From IMG/VR virus record IMGVR_UViG_3300024221_000009, positions 1 to 64,000 of that record: 64,000 bases of DNA; one strand, 5' to 3'. A model generated the notes under the pieces. That model did not search any database. It had not been told where the DNA came from and saw nothing but the letters and a program-made list of their open reading frames with translations. Origin of the DNA: a virus. This document shows, in pieces, positions 18,899-27,187 of the stretch (positions within the stretch are counted from its first letter, which is position 1; the number at the start of each line of letters is the position of its first letter). A program made the position numbers and the translations under genes.

Positions 18899-20710
18899 AT
18901 GCCTGCACAGTGGCCTAAATTTATTAAAAACGTATCTGACAAAATGTCAGGTCAAGGGTATGATTCAGTTGAAGAGTGGGCTCTATTTTTATCTAATGAA
19001 TATTTTAACGCTGTTAAAACTTCACAATCTCCCTATGGACAAACACATGTATCTGGTCAAAAACCTATTTTAGACACAGGGTTTGTAGCAGCCTTCAATA
19101 AAATATTTAACGAAGAAACTGTATCTTTTGAAGATAAATTTGAATTACCTAAATTTGCAGATTTTAACGAACCTACGGTAGTGCCTGATTATACTAATAA
19201 TACAACTTGTGAAATAGAAGATTGTATTAATCAAAATAGAGATTTAGAAATAACATTTATTGATTATAGAGAAAATAGCAAACCTGAAAAAACACATACG
19301 TATGATAAATTTCAATTTTTCTCTTTGTTTGAATCTTTATGCCCTGATCCTTTTGTTGATGAAAAAGATTTTACTGGCGGAATTAATATTGAAGAATTAA
19401 TAAGTGATCAATTAGAAAAAGATCAAGAGTTAATCGATGCAGGATCTCCTGATTTATTCGCGGTTTTAACTATATATGGTTTTAACGAATCTGGTAAATA
19501 TAAATTTTTATATTCTATAAACGAAGAAGATCAACCTATAGAACGAGCAAATGATGGCGTATTTACGACTCGTATATCTTCTACACCTGGAGATTATAAA
19601 TATATTTTTAAAGAAGTATACGATGAAGATCTTAATTTAATTAAAGTAATTAACAAAGAAGTGACAATTACTATTTCAGAAAAAGGAGAACCTGTTATTG
19701 TAAACACGCTAGAAGACGAGTCGGACCAGCAAGATACAACTCCAAAGATATTAGATATATTAAACACGGATTCTCTAGACCTTAGTAATAAGGATGTTAA
19801 GGATTATTTATTAAACTCTTTAACTGAGCGTGTTTTATTACAAAATGACGAAACTGAAAACTTTTATAAATGGGTTAAGCGCTTTAACAGCTTCAGTGGC
19901 GTTCATTATCCAGGGTGGGTACGAACTATATTAAAAGATTTAGAAGATAAAATAAAAGATTTAGCAGATGTTGTTAAAGATAAAGTTATAGCAGAAGCTC
20001 GCGCAAATGGAGATCTAAGAGTAGCAAGCCAATTCAGCAATATAATATACAATAGGTTTGATATACAAGAAATTATTGAAAACTCTAAAATAAATCAATA
20101 CACATGGCAGGTTAGTGAGAAATTAGATATTGATTTACCTAAATGGCTTGATCCTACCGCAATCATCGCATTTACTTATGATAAAGTATACGATATGCCT
20201 TTTGCTGGAGGACAAACCACGGTTGTTGAAGGACTAAGAAAATCAGCTAAATTAGATAAATATGATGAAGAACAAGATAAATGGTTTGATAGAGTAACTG
20301 CTTGTGTAAGTAATAAAGATATAGATTTAGCAGAAGATCCTGCTGAAGAAGACGGATATGATGATTTAGCTAAATCTATTATAGACTATTGGAAAAGCAC
20401 AACAATTCAGCCTTTGAAAGCAAGCCCACCTGTGCCGCCATGTAATACGCCGGCACCTCTAGGAGGAAAATATGTTCCTATTTATTATGGTAACCAAGCT
20501 GGATTAGCAAATAAATTAAGGAGAGCGTTTAACACTGGTAAAAAGTTTAAACTAAAAGGGATGCACAGACCTCCTTCAGTAGCAGTTGCAACTGCAGTCG
20601 CTGCTGCGTGTAGTATGCACTTATTAGAATTAAAATTCATATATTTAGGAGGAATTATAACACCAACTTCTCCTATACCTATGATCGGGTTTGTTCCCGT
20701 AGTGTTCTAG
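18899..20710 (+). CDS. hypothetical virion-associated protein (603 aa)
   Basis: Long ORF following the spike gene. Confidence 0.5.
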   Translation: MPAQWPKFIKNVSDKMSGQGYDSVEEWALFLSNEYFNAVKTSQSPYGQTHVSGQKPILDTGFVAAFNKIFNEETVSFEDKFELPKFADFNEPTVVPDYTNNTTCEIEDCINQNRDLEITFIDYRENSKPEKTHTYDKFQFFSLFESLCPDPFVDEKDFTGGINIEELISDQLEKDQELIDAGSPDLFAVLTIYGFNESGKYKFLYSINEEDQPIERANDGVFTTRISSTPGDYKYIFKEVYDEDLNLIKVINKEVTITISEKGEPVIVNTLEDESDQQDTTPKILDILNTDSLDLSNKDVKDYLLNSLTERVLLQNDETENFYKWVKRFNSFSGVHYPGWVRTILKDLEDKIKDLADVVKDKVIAEARANGDLRVASQFSNIIYNRFDIQEIIENSKINQYTWQVSEKLDIDLPKWLDPTAIIAFTYDKVYDMPFAGGQTTVVEGLRKSAKLDKYDEEQDKWFDRVTACVSNKDIDLAEDPAEEDGYDDLAKSIIDYWKSTTIQPLKASPPVPPCNTPAPLGGKYVPIYYGNQAGLANKLRRAFNTGKKFKLKGMHRPPSVAVATAVAAACSMHLLELKFIYLGGIITPTSPIPMIGFVPVVF

Positions 20711-20761
20711 AAAAAACAAATATATAAAAAGAATTATTATTAACCACTTAAATTAAAAAAA

Positions 20762-22030
20762 ATGTCACAAGACGTTAAACAAAAAAGAAAAAGACTTTCA
20801 GGAACAATGCAACCAGAAGTTGCTACTGAAAAAAAAGAAGATCGCGTTTTAGCTAATGCTAACGTACCGCCAGAAGAGTTTAATTGGGCTGAGCATGAAG
20901 CTGGATGTCCATCACAAACTAGAAAGGCAAACACGAATTTAAAAAACATTCCACATGGCTGGAAAGTTTTATGTAAGGATCCTTACGCACAAGATTTCTT
21001 AAACATTTTAATGGGCCACGAGGCAGAAACACCTAATCAACAAATGAGTATTGAGGCTGGTGAGATCTACACTGGTACTATTTATAGTGTAAATACTGAA
21101 TGGGTATCTGTTGATATTGGGTATAGAGAAATGGTGTACGTAAATTACTTAAAAGAAGAAGCAAGTATTAGAGAATCTTTTATCGTAGGAAATGAAGTTA
21201 AGATTCAGGTTTTACAAATGGGAGGAGCTAGAGGATTTGTTTTAGGATCTATTTCAGCTGGAGTTAAGACTGCCGTTGCTGCTGAGATAATGGAATCTAT
21301 TAAAGACGGAAACACTGCATATATTGGTAAAGTAGTTAATATGATACCAGGCGGAGGTTATATTGTAAATGTACAAGGTATAGATTGTTTTATGCCAGGT
21401 TCTTTGGCTGGAATTAATAAACTTCCAGATTTTGAATCTATAGTAGGAACTGAGATGTATGTAGTACCTGTTAGTTTTTCAGAAAAGAGAGGAACTATTG
21501 TAGTATCTCATAGAGAATATTTAAAAGCCATGATTCCTTCTAAGATTTCAGACCTTAAAGAAAATCTTACACAAGATTTATCAGGTAATGTTACAGGATC
21601 TGCGAAATATGGAGTATTTGTTGAATTTAACGAGTGTTTAACTGGTATGATTCATGTTAATGATTTAACACCTGAATTATTAAAGGCCCACAAAGCTAGA
21701 GAGATACAACCTGGTGATGCAATCAATTTCAAAATAAAAGAAATTGTAAGTGAAACTAAAATCATTCTAACTCAATTAGATGCTAAACCTGTTGTTGATT
21801 TATGGGAAGGTATTGAAGATCGAATTAAAGCGCCTACCCAAGTTATTGGTAAAGTTAAAGCTGTTAAAGATTATGGAATCTTTGTAGACATTGAAAAAGG
21901 AGTTGCAGGTTTATTACATATTTCAGAACTTGAAGGTATTGATGTAGAAGATATCAAACCAGGTAACGATATTAATGTTAAGGTTACAAGAATAGATGCT
22001 TCGACAAGAAAAATCTTTTTAAAACTATAA
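20762..22030 (+). CDS. rpsA: ribosomal protein bS1-like protein, four S1 domains
   Basis: S1 repeats GEIYTGTI..VDIG, GKVV..GGYIVNVQGIDCFMPGS, GNVTG..YGVFVE..GMIHVND, GKVK..YGIFVD..GLLHISE; N-terminal EEFNW motif. Confidence 0.82.
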   Translation: MSQDVKQKRKRLSGTMQPEVATEKKEDRVLANANVPPEEFNWAEHEAGCPSQTRKANTNLKNIPHGWKVLCKDPYAQDFLNILMGHEAETPNQQMSIEAGEIYTGTIYSVNTEWVSVDIGYREMVYVNYLKEEASIRESFIVGNEVKIQVLQMGGARGFVLGSISAGVKTAVAAEIMESIKDGNTAYIGKVVNMIPGGGYIVNVQGIDCFMPGSLAGINKLPDFESIVGTEMYVVPVSFSEKRGTIVVSHREYLKAMIPSKISDLKENLTQDLSGNVTGSAKYGVFVEFNECLTGMIHVNDLTPELLKAHKAREIQPGDAINFKIKEIVSETKIILTQLDAKPVVDLWEGIEDRIKAPTQVIGKVKAVKDYGIFVDIEKGVAGLLHISELEGIDVEDIKPGNDINVKVTRIDASTRKIFLKL

Positions 22031-22065
22031 AAAATTAATATTTTTTAAAAAAAAGCGGCATAAAA

Positions 22066-22099
22066 TTTTTTTATGTCGTTTTTTTTGCTTATATTAGTA
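22066..22099 (+). promoter_or_regulatory. class I promoter
   Basis: TTTTTTTATGTCGTTTTTTTTGCTTATATTAGTA, 1 mismatch to 2345-2378. Confidence 0.65.
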
Positions 22100-22122
22100 T
22101 AGTAATTAAAAAACAAATAAAG

Positions 22123-22494
22123 ATGCCTTACATCACAAAAGAACAAGTAAAATCAAAAAGAAAAGCACTTAAAGAAGCTCTTCCACAGTACAAATTATCT
22201 ATTACAACTGAACATTATTCAGGTATTAAAGTTGCAATTATGTCAGGTCCTACTGATTTTGGAACTGAATATACCCAGCTAAACCAATATCATGACTATC
22301 GTGCTGAAACTTGGAATAGAAATACTGAAGAGTATGAAAGTAATCCATCAATTGCAGATGTTATGGATGTTATTATGCCAATTTTAAACGAAGGAAAGGG
22401 AGCATCAACTGAAGATGGCGATTATGGAATGATACCTGATTACTACACTTGGGTCCATATTGGTAAATGGGATAAACCTTACGTTATTAGTTAA
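22123..22494 (+). CDS. small early-type protein, LPD29-like
   Basis: KALKEALPQYKLSIT...IKVAIMSGP resembles polyvalent-protein domain LPD29 (from recall). Confidence 0.45.
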   Translation: MPYITKEQVKSKRKALKEALPQYKLSITTEHYSGIKVAIMSGPTDFGTEYTQLNQYHDYRAETWNRNTEEYESNPSIADVMDVIMPILNEGKGASTEDGDYGMIPDYYTWVHIGKWDKPYVIS

Positions 22495-22519
22495 ATCCGG
22501 GTATTATGATAATATAATA

Positions 22520-22556
22520 CGAATATATAAACTAACTTAAGTTTAGAATATATTCG
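22520..22556 (+). promoter_or_regulatory. hairpin containing a late-promoter motif and covering the start region of 22560
   Basis: CGAATATA/TAAACT-loop-AGTTTA/gaa/TATATTCG. Confidence 0.55.
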
Positions 22557-22559
22557 CGG

Positions 22560-23855
22560 ATGAAAACATTTAATGATTCAGAAATACTGAAAAACGCCTT
22601 AGTTGGTGTAGAATTTGAATTTTATTCAAATATTTCAATAGAGGAAACTGCTAAAGAACTTGCTGGGATTTTAAATAAAAAAATCAGAGTAGAGGAACAA
22701 GCGCATAGTGACTTTGTTGTAACTTCTGATGAGTTTAAAATAGAACCAGACATGAGTGGTGGCGCCAAGTTAATGGAATTAGTAACCGGTGCAGTACCTT
22801 ATTATTCTGCGAGGTTAATGATTATTAATGTGTGTTCGTGGATAGAAAAGAATGGATATACTAATGATAGATCTTCAATACATTTGAATATTTCTTTTGA
22901 TAAAAATAAGATTGAAGATAAAAATAGAATATCTAAAATGAACGTTCTTAAGTTTATTTTAGATTTTAAAGAAAATCAAGTTTTTAAATTCTTTCCAGAA
23001 AGAAAAGATTCAGCATACGCAAAATCTATTAAATTTATTTTACCTAACAAAGATACTTATTTCTTTGACGGTAAAACAATTAATCAACAAAATTTTATTT
23101 ACCCCGATTCTAAATACTATGGAATTAACTTTGAAAAAAGACATAGTAATTATTTAGAATTTAGATATATTGGTGGAGCCGATTGGGAAAAAAAGACATC
23201 AACTATATTACACATGTTAGATAGTTTTTTAGTTCAATTATGGAATTCAACAGAGTCTAAAAGATTTACAGATCTAAATGCACTAGAACTTAAAAAAATA
23301 TTAGCAGATAATAAGAGAATTATAGATTCTAGAAGAAATTGGAGAGAAATTGAAAAAAATTGGAAACATATTCAATTCAGTGTTGATTTAAATAAAGAAG
23401 ATAAAATAGTAGATATTTACTGGGCAAATATAAAAGAACAAGTTATGCGATTATTTACGCATGGTGCGATTTCAAAAGGCCATATAAATTATGATACTGA
23501 TACCGGTAGGGTTCAAGTAAAAGATGGAAAGCTATCGTATTGCGTTGAATTAGATAATTATGATTTTATAAATTGCCATATTAGAGGAGAAGTTTCTCAC
23601 TCTGATTTATTTCAATGTCAATTAGAAGGATCTGATGTTGATGAGTGTAATTTTTATGATAATTGTCAGATAAACTCTTCCAAAGTTAAAAATTCATATA
23701 TACATAAAAGCTGTCATGCAAATGATGCGTATATATATGGAACAAATGGAATATTTAAAGGAAGTATGAAAGGCGGAATATTTAGAGAAGGTAAATACGA
23801 TAAAAAAACAGCTAAATTCGATAACACTGAAAAGGTGTTGTATCAAGAAGTATAA
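22560..23855 (+). CDS. putative amidoligase (COOH-NH2 ligase-like) with C-terminal beta-helix-like repeats
   Basis: VGVEFEF, IEPDMS, MELVT, SIHLNIS, KYYGIN, YLEFRYIGG. Confidence 0.65.
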   Translation: MKTFNDSEILKNALVGVEFEFYSNISIEETAKELAGILNKKIRVEEQAHSDFVVTSDEFKIEPDMSGGAKLMELVTGAVPYYSARLMIINVCSWIEKNGYTNDRSSIHLNISFDKNKIEDKNRISKMNVLKFILDFKENQVFKFFPERKDSAYAKSIKFILPNKDTYFFDGKTINQQNFIYPDSKYYGINFEKRHSNYLEFRYIGGADWEKKTSTILHMLDSFLVQLWNSTESKRFTDLNALELKKILADNKRIIDSRRNWREIEKNWKHIQFSVDLNKEDKIVDIYWANIKEQVMRLFTHGAISKGHINYDTDTGRVQVKDGKLSYCVELDNYDFINCHIRGEVSHSDLFQCQLEGSDVDECNFYDNCQINSSKVKNSYIHKSCHANDAYIYGTNGIFKGSMKGGIFREGKYDKKTAKFDNTEKVLYQEV

Positions 23856-23873
23856 AATAAAGTACATATAAAA

Positions 23874-24704
23874 ATGAGTAATATATTTGTAGGAGACGAT
23901 TCATGGTTAGCAGACCCTCAATTAGGGAGTGACTGTTTTAATGAATTTGTTAATGAACTAGCAGAAGAAGTTACAGGGTCTTGTATGATCCCTATGAATC
24001 TTCCAAAGAAAGAAGTTCAGAACATTGTAAAAAGAGCTAAAAAATGGTTTTATAAAAATTATGAGTATTCTGTAAAAGAATCTTTTGTAGTTTTACCAGT
24101 TGCTCTTTTTGATTCAGAATATTTTAAACAAAATAGAGCTATCACACTACCTGGAATGGATGACACTAGCAAAGGAAACGAAGTTTATTCAGTTTACGGT
24201 GTATTTGAAACAGGATCAAGATCGGGAATGACAAACGATATTAATTTCACGACCGGTGATTTTGCAATGGAAAGAATGATGGCTCAAGGATTATATGGTG
24301 GAGCTGGAACTGCAGCAGCAGCTGAAAATTTGCAAGCCTATGTTATTAATGAAAGTTTTTACGACTTAGCAAGACAAGTTTTAGAGAATCCAATTAGTTT
24401 TCAATATAACCAATTAACACATCAGTTAAAATTTATGGGAGATACTCCTAAAAAAGATGTTATATTAGAAGTATATGAAACTATTCCAGAGTGTAATCTT
24501 TTTAGTGATGAAGCATTCTTTAGATATTGCGCAGCAAAAATAAAGGTTTCGCTAGGACAAAAGCTTTCTATATTCGGATTTACATTACCTGGAAATATTC
24601 AAGTAAATGCTGATGTTATTCAAGGTTTAGGAGAAACTGAATTAGAAAATGTAATTGAAGAAATAAAAACAGATGAAGGTGCTGATTGGATGATGCATTC
24701 TTAG
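23874..24704 (+). CDS. neck/head-completion protein (gp13-like)
   Basis: FRYCAAKIKVSLGQKL..F.FTLPGNIQVNA...GETEL resembles the gp13 C-terminus. Confidence 0.6.
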   Translation: MSNIFVGDDSWLADPQLGSDCFNEFVNELAEEVTGSCMIPMNLPKKEVQNIVKRAKKWFYKNYEYSVKESFVVLPVALFDSEYFKQNRAITLPGMDDTSKGNEVYSVYGVFETGSRSGMTNDINFTTGDFAMERMMAQGLYGGAGTAAAAENLQAYVINESFYDLARQVLENPISFQYNQLTHQLKFMGDTPKKDVILEVYETIPECNLFSDEAFFRYCAAKIKVSLGQKLSIFGFTLPGNIQVNADVIQGLGETELENVIEEIKTDEGADWMMHS

Positions 24705-24720
24705 TGGTATATATAGATAT

Positions 24721-25074
24721 ATGGAGTTTTACGTAAAAGAAATAGGAGAACCAAATTTTAGCCCAGATAAGCTGCAGCAAGACGCTGAGCTTTCTATGTT
24801 AATGACTCAAATAGAAACAATACTTTTCACGAGAAAAGGAGATGTTCTAGGTGATTTAGAGTTTGGTGCAAGTTTAGAAGATTACGTATATGAATTAAGA
24901 TATAATGATTTCCAGCTAAAGAAAGTAATTAATGAGCAAATAGCTCAATACGTACCTTTAGCTCAAAAATATAGTGTAGATATTCAAGTTGATTACGCAA
25001 AAGAAGTAGACAGACACGCAGTGTTTTTAGATATTACTATTGATTCGCGACTTCAATTAGGAGTATACATATAA
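24721..25074 (+). CDS. baseplate gp25-like protein
   Basis: ILFTRKGDVLGDLEFGASLEDYVYE. Confidence 0.8.
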   Translation: MEFYVKEIGEPNFSPDKLQQDAELSMLMTQIETILFTRKGDVLGDLEFGASLEDYVYELRYNDFQLKKVINEQIAQYVPLAQKYSVDIQVDYAKEVDRHAVFLDITIDSRLQLGVYI

Positions 25075-25091
25075 AATTATAAAAAAAACAA

Positions 25092-26912
25092 ATGGCTGAA
25101 TTTAAATTTTTAAATACATCTAGAATTAAAGCTAATGAAATGATCTCAGATACGAGAACATACATTGCTCGTTTATATGGAAGAACGAGTGAGTTGTTTA
25201 CGACTGCGTCTCCTTTCTCTCAAATTCTTGATGTTTTATCTGAAATAACTAAACTAATTTTCTTCTATATTGAAGACTCTACGGTTGAGCAAAATATTTT
25301 AACTGCACAAAATCCAGAATCAATTTATGGATTATCAAGGCTAGCAGGTCATGACGCTTTTAGAGGTGCAAGTGCGTATGGCGAAATAAAAATAAGACTA
25401 AACACATCAGCATCTACAGATATTGCAGGTGACGCATTAAATATTTCTAAAAACTCTACAATTAAATGTTCTTCAAATGGATTAGAATACATTTTAAAGA
25501 CAAACGCTGATAAATTTAGAATTGAAAAAAGTAACTCAAACTATATATACATACCAGTTATTCAAGGTAAAGTTGAAAACCAAACAGTAACAGCTACTGG
25601 AGAAAAACTTCAATCTTTTAACATTATAATAAAAGGCATAACAGATCATCACTCAGTTAGAGTAAGTGTTAATAGTGAATTATGGACTAAATATGATTCT
25701 TTATATGACATGAAGGTTGGTACTAAAGGGTATTTAGTTAAAACTGGAATCAACGGAGGGTTAGATGTTTATTTTGGTAATGGTTCTTTTGGTTCAATTC
25801 CGCAAGAAGGAGCAAGTATTGATATAGAATACATTGTAACAGATGGTTCTGGAGGAAATCTCACAGGTTCTAAAGATTTAACTTTTAAATTTGTAACTGA
25901 AGGATTTGATTCTTTAGGAGAAGAACATGATTTAAACCAATTATTAGAATCTTCATTTACAGTAACTCCTAAAATGGGAGCAGACCCTGAGGATATCGCA
26001 TTAACAAAGTTAATTGCACCTCTACAGTCTCATTCATTTATTTTAGCTACTCCAAATTCTTATGAGCATTTTCTTTCAAGATACGGAATGTTCTCTTATT
26101 TAGATGCATATAACACAACTGAAGACGGATATTTAGATGACGACAATGTGATTTATTTATTTATGTTACCAGATACAAAGAAAAAACTAACAAAGAATAA
26201 AGATTATTTTAATCTAGGGTTAGATGAGTTCTTTTTCTCAAGTGATGAAAAGAATGGAATATTAAATCTATTAGAAAAAAGCGGACAACAGATGGTTACT
26301 ACTGAAGTTAAAATAGTAGAACCTAAAGTACAAAAATTTAGAATGGATGTTAAAGTAAGATATTTTGAAGGTTATAACAAAAAAACGTTATACTCTGAAA
26401 TAAGATCTAAAATTAGCGAATATTTAATTAGCATAACAAGAAGAGACCGTTTACCTAAATCAGATATCATTGCAATTTTAGAATCAATTGAAGGTATTGA
26501 TTCAGTTAACGTTAAATTTACTTCTCAAGTTGAAGAAGACGCAAGAAGAAATGGATTCTATACTTTAGAAAAAGTAACAGTAACTCCATCAACGCCGGTA
26601 TTAGAAGATATTGGAAATGGTAAATCTAAATACGTTTTCTTTAAAAGAACTGTAACAACTCAGAGAGTTGATTTTGAACCTAATGCTGCATTACCAGAAG
26701 AAGTTATTAACTTAGATTCATTTGGTGATATTATTTTAGAATCTCAAGAAGTTGCATTGTTTAGAGGAGGTTGGCAAGATAGAGATGGTGTTGAAGTATT
26801 AGATGACGCTAAGCTTGGCGAAATGGCAGCACTATCTATTTACTTTGATGAACCTGCTGTAAAGAATACAATATTCGCACAGATACAGGCTAAAAATAGA
26901 AAAGCACTATAA
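25092..26912 (+). CDS. baseplate wedge protein (gp6/baseplate J-like)
   Basis: NILTAQNPESIYGLSRLAG, VYFGNGSFGSIP, YIVTDGSGGN, GADPED. Confidence 0.8.
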   Translation: MAEFKFLNTSRIKANEMISDTRTYIARLYGRTSELFTTASPFSQILDVLSEITKLIFFYIEDSTVEQNILTAQNPESIYGLSRLAGHDAFRGASAYGEIKIRLNTSASTDIAGDALNISKNSTIKCSSNGLEYILKTNADKFRIEKSNSNYIYIPVIQGKVENQTVTATGEKLQSFNIIIKGITDHHSVRVSVNSELWTKYDSLYDMKVGTKGYLVKTGINGGLDVYFGNGSFGSIPQEGASIDIEYIVTDGSGGNLTGSKDLTFKFVTEGFDSLGEEHDLNQLLESSFTVTPKMGADPEDIALTKLIAPLQSHSFILATPNSYEHFLSRYGMFSYLDAYNTTEDGYLDDDNVIYLFMLPDTKKKLTKNKDYFNLGLDEFFFSSDEKNGILNLLEKSGQQMVTTEVKIVEPKVQKFRMDVKVRYFEGYNKKTLYSEIRSKISEYLISITRRDRLPKSDIIAILESIEGIDSVNVKFTSQVEEDARRNGFYTLEKVTVTPSTPVLEDIGNGKSKYVFFKRTVTTQRVDFEPNAALPEEVINLDSFGDIILESQEVALFRGGWQDRDGVEVLDDAKLGEMAALSIYFDEPAVKNTIFAQIQAKNRKAL

Positions 26913-27187
26913 TGGCAAATTCACCTATTCAAAATTTATTTAAAAGTAGACAAAAGAGAAATTACGAAGTACGTAAATCTGCAGTAGATTCTAGAAAAAA
27001 TTTAGGAAATGACTTCAGTGAAAATATTTTAAGAGGTTCTTTATCTGCATATATTATTAGAAATAATACGATGAATGATTTTATAGTATTAATTCAAAAG
27101 GCATTAACTGATTTAGTAAACGCAGTAACGTATTTAAAAGGATTTAAATCGTTTACAACAAAAAAAGATTACAAAAAATTTAGATAA
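26912..27187 (+). CDS. small baseplate-region protein
   Basis: Translationally coupled ORF. Confidence 0.6.
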   Translation: MANSPIQNLFKSRQKRNYEVRKSAVDSRKNLGNDFSENILRGSLSAYIIRNNTMNDFIVLIQKALTDLVNAVTYLKGFKSFTTKKDYKKFR

